Translations under genes and position numbers: made by a program
Source: Raillietiella orientalis
Lineage: Eukaryota
Direction of reading: 5' to 3'
Length of the DNA stretch: 64,000 nucleotides
Assembly: GCA_036172245.1 (NCBI GenBank)
Contig: JAYWIR010000118.1
Coordinates: 1 to 64,000 of the forward strand
Notes under the pieces: generated by a model
What the model was told of the DNA's origin: nothing
Databases searched by the model: none
The model's input: the letters and a program-made list of their open reading frames with translations, nothing else
In this document: positions 1 to 10,518 of the stretch, piece after piece
Position numbering within the stretch: position 1 is the stretch's first letter
Layout of the letters: each line of letters opens with the position of its first letter

Positions 1-536
1 CAGTCATGTGGACCACCACGGAGCGGTCCATGGATACTGGCAGGATCTTGCGGCCGTCTACGTTCAGCGGCGCATGGATTAGGCGGTGAGCCAAGGTGAC
101 ATCTTTGCAGACCACCTCGACCCGCTGCCCGCCGCTGAGGACGGAGAGGCCGTCCAGATCCTTCTCTGTGACATTCGCGTCGTTCAACGCTTTGCTGAAG
201 GCGGGCGCTGTCCGGCCGTCGAACAAGTTGCCTACCTGGTAGACAAGCGATGGCTTGTACCCGGAGGCCTTGTATGCGGCCATCTCCGCCATGGCTTCTG
301 CGCTGGGTGCGGCCACCATGGCGCTCCATGTCCTCGGCGTGGCCGGGGATGATTCCGGGGCGGCTGCCCCTGCTCCAGTACGCTGTGGGGGCCAACTAGC
401 CTCCCCCACTCCCACCTCCATCGCGGTGTCCTCTGGCGTCGTGGCCATTGGACACCGACGATGTACACAAAACACCACACAGAAGAAAAAGCGCTTTCCT
501 ACTACTCTTTGGGGAGTGAAGGAAAAACACGTCCTC
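1..536 (-). mobile_element. Tx1/L1-type retrotransposon C2: 5' end and ORF1 N-terminus (ATG 448), runs off the left edge
   Basis: Starts GAGGACGTG (536-528) followed by a pyrimidine-rich 5' UTR. Translation MATTPEDTAME...RTWSAMVAAPSAEAMAEMAAYKASGYKPSLVYQVGNLF matches the ORF1 start of copy C (ATG 50709). Inserted sense into H ORF1. Confidence 0.85.
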
Positions 537-1889
537 CAACTAGCCTTGGGGGCAAACGGCTGCAACGAGGCAGCCAGCTCCTATTCGGCGCGCTCGAAGG
601 CGACGTCATCGAGCGTGGGCTCGATGACGGACGCCGCCGCCTCGCTCCCCTCCTTGTTGACTTTGTCAACGGAGGGTTGAGCAGGGGCAGCAGCGAGTTC
701 TTTAGTGCCGCATTCGTCGATGGCGGGAATCCGCTCTACAACGACGCAGCAGCTTTTAATTTTATCGCGGCGCAGAGCGGTTTCGCTCCGTTTCGCCACG
801 TTCTTTCCCTTCTTATGGGAGTTTTTCTTGGGGTCGACCTTCTGCCACCCTGGCTCTTGACCCTCGCCCTCGACCTTTTCGGCGTCTTTCGCCGAAGTCT
901 CGGGGCTGGCCTTCGCCTTGGTGGCGGAGGTGACCTCCTTAGCATCAGCACGAGCTGCCAGCTTCTTTCTCTTTTTTGCCGCGCGCTTTCTCGCGTTTTT
1001 CGCGGACACGACGCGGACTGTGTTTTGGGGGCACACCAGACGGGTGTGCCCCGCTTGTTTGCATTGCTGGCACTGCACGCTCGGACACCTCATTTTAAGG
1101 TGACCAAAGCTGCGGCAGCAGCCGCAAAACTTGGGTTTCCCCACGTACCACACGTCAACGGATTCACCGTTGACGGTGAGTTTGTGGGGAATCTCACATC
1201 CCTCGCGAACCGTCACTCGCGCTGCACCCAGGCCGCCAAGCAACCCGTCGTAATCGACAAAAGGAGTAGGCTTGCCCCACAGCGCGTGGACAGTTGCGAA
1301 TTTTTCCAATTTGTTCCGGACGGCCTCCTTCGTCATCCGGAACGTGATACCGGTCAGGTGAATGATCACCGACCGGTCTTCAGTTATTGGGAGAAGCCTC
1401 CGGCTGCCCATACTTACGGGGGTTCGCAGAAGTCTCTGCGCAAGAGTTGCCTCCTTGCAGATAACTTCCACAAATTGACCCCCGCTTCTGACGGACATAG
1501 CCAGAAGCTCCTCTTTCTGTACGCCGATAACGCGCATCGCCTGTGAGAAGGCGCGCGCGTTCTCGGGAGAATATAGACCGCCTACCTTATATAGAAGGGG
1601 TGGGTTATACCCCTCCTCCAGGTAAGCGCGCATTTCCGCCATAGCCGCTGGCGTAGGTGCCGCAGCCACGGCGTTCCAAGCCCTGGGTAGGGCCGGGGGC
1701 GCATCCATGCTGGCGGGAGCCTCCACTGATGCGGGAGCCCCCACCTCCATCTCCTCCGGGGGCAATGAGGTCATCGCCCCCGGATCCTCACCGGTGGTGG
1801 TATCAGGCATTGCTGCCTAATCCTCCACCCACACCACGCACAAGCACCAACGGAAATGGAACTCAGGAGCAACGAAAAGACACGTCCGC
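537..1889 (-). mobile_element. Tx1/L1-type retrotransposon H (type-E related): 5' end and ORF1, interrupted by C2
   Basis: GCGGACGTG at 1889-1881 and ORF1 at 581-1810. Inserted antisense into F ORF2. Confidence 0.85.
581..1810 (-). CDS. ORF1 (gag-like nucleic-acid-binding protein, two CCHC zinc knuckles), truncated
   Basis: CGCCRSFGHLKMRC and CQQCKQAGHTRLVC knuckles; homologous to the ORF1s at 9470-10273 and 48689-50188. Confidence 0.85.
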   Translation of the reverse strand: MPDTTTGEDPGAMTSLPPEEMEVGAPASVEAPASMDAPPALPRAWNAVAAAPTPAAMAEMRAYLEEGYNPPLLYKVGGLYSPENARAFSQAMRVIGVQKEELLAMSVRSGGQFVEVICKEATLAQRLLRTPVSMGSRRLLPITEDRSVIIHLTGITFRMTKEAVRNKLEKFATVHALWGKPTPFVDYDGLLGGLGAARVTVREGCEIPHKLTVNGESVDVWYVGKPKFCGCCRSFGHLKMRCPSVQCQQCKQAGHTRLVCPQNTVRVVSAKNARKRAAKKRKKLAARADAKEVTSATKAKASPETSAKDAEKVEGEGQEPGWQKVDPKKNSHKKGKNVAKRSETALRRDKIKSCCVVVERIPAIDECGTKELAAAPAQPSVDKVNKEGSEAAASVIEPTLDDVAFERAE

Positions 1890-4800
1890 TCGACGCTCCG
1901 GAATCTCCAGGACTAAGACCTTTTTAAGGAATCGGTCCGGGAGTTCTGCGAGCAGTTCCCCTTGGACCGCCTGCCCTCCGGATTCGGCGAGGGTCCTCGC
2001 AACTATCGGGCCTATTTACAGGCCCGTAGGTACGAGCGAAACCCTAATGTCCGTCGTCTGGCCGAGTACCGCGCCGGGGCCGAACGCCAAGCCTGGCAAT
2101 CCGGGTCGACCAGCTTGCTGGACGACCAGGGCCGGGAATGTTCGTCCCCGGCGTCGGTACGGCATCTCGTGCGGAGTAATTATTCCGCCCTTTACGCCAG
2201 GGCGCCCCCGGATCAAGATGCCTCTTGGCTCTTGCTTCCGGACGGTGCCGCGACAATCGGGGAGGAGGAGTCGTTAAGCCTCGATGAGCCTTTTACCACC
2301 GGCGAAATTCTCGCCGGTATCAAAAGGCTCAAGAGGCGGAAAGCTCCCGGGGAAGACGGTTTGCCTGCGGAGTTCTCTCAGAGCTTCGCGGAAGAGCTGG
2401 CACCCCTGCTGCTTCAGCTGACAAGGCTGATCCGAGGCGAAGGCGATGTTCCCGCCTCGTTTCGTTGAGCCAGAGTGAGGCTCCTTCCGAAAGGGGGAGA
2501 CCTTAGGAATTTGATCAACTGGCGTCCGATCACGATTGTGAATACGGACGCCAAGTTGGTTGCGGGGCTATGGGCTTCGCGTCCGGGGCAGGTGGCAGAA
2601 TCCATAATTAGCCCGGAGCAGACATATGCTGTTCCCGGGCGAAGCATGGATGCCAACCTCTTCTTCGCGAGGACATGGATACACGCGCAGAGGTGTCAAA
2701 AGGAAGGGAGAGGAAAAATCGGCAACCCCAATTTGGGGCCGCAAGCAGGGCAGGGTATGGACCCTCAAGCGGGGAAGGGGGCCTTAGCGCTCGCAGTCGA
2801 TCTCCATAAGGCGTTCGACTGTGTTGACCAGGGGCTTTTGTTGGAGCTCCTGGGTCGCATGGGCTTTCCACCCTCCTTGATCAACTACCTGCGCTATTGC
2901 TGGCGGAATGCGATTATCTCCATCTCTTTCAGTAGTCAGAAGGTGCATGGCGTGCCGGTGCGGCGGGGCATCAGGCAGGGAGATAGCCTGAGTCCCCTGC
3001 TCTTCAGCACCTACTTTGAGTTGGTGCAGAGAGCCTACAGGGTGACTTTGGCCTCCTTGCCGAGCTCGTGTCCCGGCACACCCGTCGTAGCAGCCTATGC
3101 CGACGAACTTTGCTCCTGTTACCTATGTCCACCCCGGCGAAGGCGGGCGGAGACTTCTTCGATCTGCTCAGCCGTGGGACCGGACTGCAAGTTAACAAAG
3201 CGAGGTCGTCGGTGGTGCCAGTAGGTGCGGCGTGGGCAGGGCAGCAGGAATGGGTCCGTCTATGGATCCTCACGGCGAGGTGCATCAAGTACCTTGGTGT
3301 GCCGTTGGGTCACTACTCCCCTGCGGAAGCGTGGTGCAGCTGCCTTGAAAAAGTCGAGACGGCGATTGGCCCGTTCCTGGAAGTCAAGTTTCACTTGCCG
3401 GAACGAGCCGCAGTTTAAAACGCCTTCGCGGCCCCCATCCTCCGCCCCTTGCTTTTTGTTTGCCCCGCCCCAAGAGTTGTTGAAAAGAGGACGAAGGACC
3501 TCCTCCGCATCGCCCTTTGGGGCAAAGGGAGGCCCCGAGTCCCTCTGCAGGACTTGTGGGCTCCGCGTCGGGACGGCGGCCTTGGCCTCCTGACGCTGAA
3601 GCGCGTGGAAATGCAGCTGCGGTGGCGAACCCTCCCCATCGCAGCGAAGATGTGGAGCACTTCTTGGTGCGTTCCGGCCCGCCACCTCGCCAGGCGTGTG
3701 TCCCGATGCGAAGGACTCGCGTCGTTTCTTCTGTGCCCTGGCGGGAAAATCCGAAGATGCGGCCTTATGCTCGGACGCATAGCAACCTTGGCGAAGACGA
3801 ACGGTTGGATGGTTTGTGGCCCCGCCAACTCCTCCGCCTGGTTGGAGGAGTCTGCTAGAACATGGGCTAAGCAGAACCGGAGGAGGGAAAACCACATGAA
3901 CTGCCTGCAAATCGGCCCATACGCCAACCGCACCCTGCGGGAAATACTGGAATTTCCTCGGAGTCGCAGGTGGGCGTTGACGACTTCCCTTGCTACGGCG
4001 ATGCTCTACCTCCTGAGGGCGCTTGAGGAGCGCCAGAAGCCGAGGTGGCAAGTCACCTGCCAGATCGCAGGCAGGGATTAGATGTTAAGCGGCTGGACCA
4101 CAGGAGAACTGGCGGACGCCCCGACCCCGAGCGTCCAGTTGAGTGGATTAATGAGATGGGGCGAGCTGCTCGCCATCCCTACGGATGTGCTGAAGTGGCC
4201 CCCGGTACTGAAGGAATCCAGGATCCTGCCCCTTTAGTGGCAAGAGTCGGCGTTGCTACTGCTGCACTGGGGTTTACCCTGCGAAGCACGCCGCTTCCAC
4301 TGGACGAGGGGAGCTGTGGATCCTGTGTGTGTCAGGTGCGGGGAGCGGGAATCCCTCTCCCACCTTATTGTGGACTGTGCTGCCATCCGACCCCTCTGGG
4401 AACGGTTCGGGGCGACCCTCGGACTCCCTACGGGCAGCACTCCCAGAGACGTTCTTCGGCCCGTCTTCGTGAAGGACGCACTGCATCCAGCCGCTGCCAT
4501 CGCAGCCTTGTGCTGTGTCCGTGTAATCGTGGCGGCATGGAGCGACGCCAACAACGAAGGAGTGGGTCCACACGCGAGGGATGTCATCCCATACGCCCAA
4601 CGCTTCATGCGGAGAGCTGCCGGATGGCCCCAACTGGGGAATATACGGACGGACCTCGAGGGCTTCCTTCAACGGATGGGCCCTCCTCACAGCGTTAAGT
4701 GATCCCTTCATTGCCCTCCAACTTGTTTTTGTCTGTTTATTTTTTTATTTTTCTTTTTGTTTTATCCCCATTTTCCTTCGCTGCTGAGGAACGCTACGCT

Positions 4801-4913
4801 GGGCTGCGTCATGGCGTCCCGGCAGGTCCAGTGCATATGGCCGTGAGCGGGGCCTTGTACCGCGGATGTAGAGTTTTTTAAAAATAGACGCCCCGGGCGT
4901 ACCCGGATGTAAA
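1890..4913 (+). mobile_element. Retrotransposon F: disrupted ORF2 (RT, zinc finger) and 3' end
   Basis: KAPGEDG, WRPITIVNTD, DLHKAFD, GIRQGDSLSPLLF, YAD and CVRCG..HLIVDC motifs spread over frameshifted ORFs. U-rich UTR and terminal hairpin ending GGATG-TAAA at 4913. Confidence 0.9.
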
Positions 4914-7900
4914 CCTGCAAGGCTGGCAAGGAGGCCGTAAGGCGTTCGGCCTCCCCTCAGGAGTCCATCACTTCCGACCTTGAGGTGGAGGCCGGAAGCG
5001 CAGTCTCCCTTTCTACGGCACCGCGCAAGAAGGCTGGACGTAAGTCCACAAAGCCAAGGAAGCTCGTCTCCGACGTCGAAGGGGAAGAGATGGCTTCCGC
5101 AAGCGAGGGTGCCATGAGCGTGGGAAACTCTCGGGACTTGTCGCCCGAGAGACTCTTACGCGCGGACACGGAGGGGATGGAGGGGGTGGAGGCCGAACAG
5201 GTGCCTCAGGTGCCTGAGAAGGCCGAAACTCCCATCGACATCCTGCCTGTCTCGAAGAGGAGGGCTCCCCCACACCTTAATCTTCCCAGCAGTAATGCCG
5301 GGAATCTCCTCCCGCCGTCGTCTGCGCATCGCCGTTTGGAACGTGAACGGCATGACAGACGCCGGCAGGAGACGAGACATTGCCGCCCTTCTCGAGACCT
5401 ACGACCTTGCGCTGCTGCAGGAGATCAACGTGATATCTGCACAACAAGCGCAAGAGATCAAACGGATCTCCGGAGAGCGGCTATGGTACAGGTGGGGGAT
5501 TGCGAAATGTTGCGGTGTTGCCTACCTGCTTCGGCCAGGATTCGAGGCCGCGGCTCGGGGCGTGCGGTTCGACGATCACGGTCGTGTCGGCCAGCTGACT
5601 CTCAGGTGGTCCGACTCGTTCGATCTGATCGTCACGAACGTGTACGCACCAAGAAGCGCGGACCTGATGAACAGGAGGTCGAGGAAAGGGGTTTTTTTAG
5701 CCCTGCGGCGAGACTGGCTGACCGAAGCAGGCGTGCGGAATGCCCATCTGGTTGCAGGCGATTTCAACGTTCGCCTGAAACCAGATGGGCAGAATCCCGA
5801 GCGAGACCTGGTCAACGAGGTGTGGATGGCGCTGCACACCTGTAATTTGTTGGCCAGTGCACCGGGGATGGAAGACAGCACTGACCACGTGTTTCTTGAC
5901 GAGCACCTGGGCCCTCGTGTGGGCAGGCGCGGCAAGTTACCGTGCGAGCTGTCGGACCATCGCCCGCTAGTCCTCCTGATCCATCCGCGATACAGGGGCC
6001 CCCCCTTGTCAGCGTGGCGTCTCCCAGGGCTCTTGCTGAAGCTCCCGAACGCGGCGGAACATCTCCGCACGTTCATACGGAGCTACAGGCTGCGGACACT
6101 CCAGGATTGGGACCGCTTCAAGCGGTCGGTCCAGGAGTTCTGCGACCAGTTCCCTCTGCACCGCCTACCAACGGGTTTTGGGACTGAAGTCCGTAACGAA
6201 CGAGCCTACTGCAGGCCCGTCGTTACGTCTGGACCCCCGACATCCGCAGGCTGGCGGAATACAAAGCGGGTTCCGAGAGGCAAGCCTGGCAGTCCGGATC
6301 GGCCAGCTTACTGGACGATCAGAGCCAGGAGCACTCGGCACGTGCCCAAATCCGAGGCCTGCTGCGGAGTTACTACTCCTCCCTGTATGCCAGGGCACCT
6401 CCGGAGAGGAAAGTCTAACGACTGGTGCTTCCGGAAGGCGCCATAGCGATCGGGGAGGAGTAGAGAAAGACCCTCGACGAGGCTTTCACGATGGACGGGA
6501 CACTCTCGGCCATCGGAAAGCTAAAGAGGCGAAAGGCTCCAGGGGAGGACGGAGTGCCCGCGGAGTTTTATCAAACTTTCGCGGCTGAGCTTAGTCCCCT
6601 GGTACAGCAACTTACTTTGCTGATACGCAAAACAGGTGACGTTCCCGCCTCGTTTCGTTCGGCAAAGGTGCGGGTCCTCCCTAAGGGAGGAGATCTGAGG
6701 AGCATCAACAAGTGGCGTCCCATCACAACAGTGAATGCGGACGCCAAGTTGATAGCTAAGGTTCAGCAAGAGAGATTGGAACAAGTTGCCAACATCTTTA
6801 TCAGCCCGGAACAGACATATGCTGTTCCCGGGCGAAGCAAGGAGGCGAACTTGTTTCACGCTTCCACCTGGCTAGAGCTCCAACAAGGAAGAAGCTTGGT
6901 GCGCAGCCGGAATTTCGGTGCGTGCGCCGGCAAGGGGTTGGATGGTCGGGTGGTGGAGGGAGCCCTCGCGGTCGCACTCGACTTGCGGAAAGCATTCGAT
7001 TGGGTCGTCCAGAATTTTCTTCTGGAGCTTCTGGAACGCTTAAGATTCTCGGCCTCATTAGTGGCCTATCTGCGCTTCTGCTGGCGCGACGCGCTCATCA
7101 ATGTTACTTTCAGCGGGCAGACCGTGCAAGGCGTGCCGGTGCGGCTTGGGATCCGGCAGGGAGACAGCCTGAGTCCCTCGCTCTTCAGTAGCTACTTTGA
7201 GTTGGTACTAAGAGCGTAGAGGGGAACTCTGGCGCACCTGCCGCACGACTGTGCCGGTACGCCGGCCGTTCCAGCATACGCGGACGACCTTCTGCTGCTG
7301 CTTCCTATGTCCATCCCTGCTGCGGCGGTCGAGGAGTTGTTCGACCTGCTGCATCGGGGAACCGGACTTACGGTGAACAGGGCGAAGTCGTCCGTGATGC
7401 CAGCTGGTGCGGCGTGGGCAGGGCACCAGGACTGGGTCCGTTTGGGGATCCCCACGGTGAGGTACTTCAAGTACCTTGGTGTGCCGTTGGGGGACTACTC
7501 CCCTGCGGAAGCGTGGTCCGGCTGCCTCCAAAAAGTAGAGACGGCGTTCGGCCCGTTCCGAGGCGGCAGGTTTTTCCTGCCTGAACGGGCCGCGGTTTAA
7601 AACACGTTTGCGGCTCCGCTCCTGCGCCCCCTGCTTCTTGTTTGCCCTCCACAGAGAGAATTAAAAAGCGGACAAAGGACCTCCTCTGTATCGCCCTTTG
7701 GAGCAACAAGAAGGCCCGATTCCGCTTAAAGGAATTGTGCGCTCCTCGTCGGGATGGTGGTCTGGGCCTCCTGATACTGCAGCGGCTGGAGCTTCAGCTC
7801 CAGTTCCGATTGTCGACACTCGTTCCAGAGTTGTGGTGCACCTGTTGGTGCGTCCCTGCACGTCTCCTTCTCCAGCAAGCCACCGGCAAGACGGGAGTGA

Positions 7901-9091
7901 CGTCGTTTCTTGCACTCCGTCGCCGCGTCAACCGATGCGGACTCCAGCTAGGGAGGGTGGCTGCGCTGTATCGGAAAAACCCAGGATTGTTCACCTGTCG
8001 CCCGGTTAACGGTAGTGCCTGGTTGCAGGAAACCGTACAAACGTGGGGACAGTTCGTCATGCAACGCTCTTAACAGGAACGAAGGTTCCTGTTAAGGGGT
8101 TACAGAAGTTGCACGCTCCGCGAGATTCTGGAGGATCCAAAGAAGAGTGCGTGGGCAGAAAGAACCACCCTCGCTGAAGCGCTTCCCTTCTCCATGGAAG
8201 ATCTAGACAGCGATGTTGCGGCGAAGTGGTTGGTTACAGTAACAATCTCCGGAAAGGAGAAGAAGATAGGAGAGTGGAAGACGGGCCAGTTAACAGACGC
8301 TGCGACCCCGAGTACGCCTCTCAATGGACTTCTGGGCTGTTGCGCGCTGCTCGATGTTCCCATTGAACATCTGAAGTGGACCCCGGTTCTCATGAACACT
8401 TCCGCCCTCCCCTTAAAATGGCAGGAGTCGGCTCTCCTGTTGCAGCACTGGGGACTTTCCTGCAACGCCCGCCGACACCACTGGACCTGGGGAGGGGTGG
8501 ACCGCAATTGCGTCAGGTGTGGGGAACGGGATTCCCTGCCCCACCTGCTAGTGAATTGTGTTTTCATTCGGCCCCTTTGGTTCCGCTTTGCCGAGGCCAT
8601 GGGAATCCCCTGCGGCAACCCCAGGGACGCACTGAAAGCCTCTTCTTTGCCGACGCCCTTCGGCCAGCGGCCTCGTTAGCAGCTTTGTTCTGCCAACGCG
8701 GGATCGTCACTGCTTGGTGCAAGGCTACGGGAGGACAACGCGACCAGAGTGCCATCCAGCCAGCCTCCCAGTTCCTGAGGAGGGCGTCTCGATAGCCCCA
8801 CCTGGATCCAGGAATACAGAAGGAGCTTCCCGGCATCCTGCAAAGGATGCAAAGGCCCCACCAGCAACTGTGATCCCTTCCCTTACCCTCCCAACTTTTC
8901 TTTTCTTTTTTGTTTTGTTTTTTGTTCTTCCCCTTTCCCCCTGCTGCCGTGGTGGACCGTACCGGTCTGCGAACCGGTGACCCGGCAGGCTCTGTGTTTC
9001 TTGGTGCGTGGCTGGAGCAATGCTTAAGCTACCGAACGTCTTTGTAAATGTTTATTTTACAATAAACGTCTTGGCGAAATCAGGGTGAAAA
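4914..9091 (+). mobile_element. Retrotransposon G (type E): ORF1 C-terminus, disrupted ORF2 (APE-RT-ZnF) and 3' end
   Basis: TAATG at 5293-5297; WNVNG, LQE, GDFN and SDH endonuclease motifs; KAFD, QGDSLSP and YADD RT motifs; ends GGGTG-AAAA at 9091. Confidence 0.92.
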
Positions 9092-9316
9092 TCGAATGCT
9101 TTGTGCAAATCTTCTGCTAGTGCCAAGGCTCTTGGCCTTTCTTTCGTCCGTCCGCACTGGCGCACGCAGTCAGCAGAAGGTCTTGCCGCTGTTCGGCTAT
9201 CCGCCGCAACGCGCTCTTGGTGCTACCACCAGGTGCGCGCGAAAAGAAGGTTCGCATCCATGGATCTAATCGGTAAAGCGTAAGACTGCTCCGGGCTTAC
9301 CAAGTACTCCGCAATT
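9092..9316 (-). mobile_element. 225-bp type-A RT fragment ending in KAF(D)
   Basis: Near-identical reverse complement of about 62699-62923 (element K), including a shared premature TGG TGG TAG. Confidence 0.85.
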
Positions 9317-9361
9317 ACATTTTATTTTACAATAAACGCATCGGTGAAATCCGGGCGAAAA
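9317..9361 (+). mobile_element. Isolated ~45-nt type-E 3' terminus (AATAAA plus hairpin)
   Basis: TTTATTTTACAATAAACGCATCGGTGAAATCCGGGCGAAAA matches the end of G. Confidence 0.8.
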
Positions 9362-9384
9362 TCGAACACCTTGTGCGCTCTAGG

Positions 9385-10518
9385 GCGGACGTGTTTTCTC
9401 GGTGCTCCTTCTGCCAGCAATTCTCCCGAAGTGCATGCGTCGTGTGATTCGGTGGTCGATGAGACAGCGATGCCTTACGCGACCACCAGGAATGGCCACG
9501 GGGCAGCAGCAACGCCGCCCCTAGAGGCGATGGAGGTGGAAGCATCCGTTCCAACAGAATCGGTCTTCGCTGCAGCGCGGGCGTGGAGCGCCGTTGTGTC
9601 GGCGCCATCGCCTGCAGCCGCGGCGGAATTGTCGGCCTATGTAGAGGAGGGGTACAACCCCTCATTGTTCTACAAGGTAGGCAATTTATATTCTGTAGAA
9701 AGCGCGCTCGCGTTCTCGAAGGGCAAGCGCGCTCTCGATGTAAAAGAGGAGGAGCTCAGCGATATGACCATCCGCAGCGGGGGTCAGTACGTTGAGGTCA
9801 TCTGCAAACAAACACAGCTTGCCCAAGGACGGCTTAAAACCTTCGTGGTGATGGGGACGCGCAGGCTCCTCCCTATTACGGCGTACCGCAGCATGGTGGT
9901 CCACCTGTTAGGTGTCACTGCGCGGATGCGCAAGGAACAGGTTCGCGCCGCGTTGGAGGAATACGGAACGGTCCACGCGCAGTGGACGAAAGTTAGTCCT
10001 TCCAAAGACTACACGGGGCTGCAACACGACCTCACGGCTGCGCGCGTGACCGTTCGGGAGGGCTGCACTCTTCTCCACAAACTGGTGGTCGAAGGCGTAA
10101 CCGTCGACTTCTGGTATGTGGGGAAGCCGAAATTCTGTGGCCTCTGCAATACGTCGGGCCACCTCAAAAAGAGGTGTCCCAACGTGCAATGCCAAGTATG
10201 CGGCACAATGTGTCACACGAGGGAGGCGTGCCCCAAAGCAGCAGTGCGGGTGGTTTCCAAGAGAAACCTTTAAAAACGCGCCCGGCTTCTGCAGAAAAGG
10301 CTGGCGGCGAAAGCTGCCGCGAAGGCTGTGCCACCCGCGCCCAAGAACCAGGCCGCACCCGAGACCCCGGCCACCAAAGCCGAAAAAGTTGAGGGTGCCG
10401 GCCAGGAGAATATGTGGCAATTGGCAACGGCCAAGAAATCAAAAAAGGAAAGGAGATTAGAGAAAAAGCTCTAAAAATTTATTTTACAATAAAAGCCCCG
10501 GCGAAATCCGGGTGAAAA
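9385..10518 (+). mobile_element. Retrotransposon E2: 5' end and partial ORF1 (9470-10273) fused to a ~45-nt 3' terminus
   Basis: GCGGACGTG at 9385-9393, ORF1 with two CCHC knuckles, 3' hairpin at about 10488-10518, imperfect ~14-bp TSD (9362-9375 and 10519-10532). Confidence 0.8.

Noticed and set aside
581..1810. CCHC-knuckle ORFs as LTR retrotransposon or retroviral gag
   Set aside because: No LTRs, protease or integrase; homologous ORF1s are followed by APE-RT ORF2, which is non-LTR architecture.
9092..9316. Counting 9092 and 62923 as independent KAFD insertions
   Set aside because: The flanks are near-identical and share a premature stop, so I counted them as one host site.
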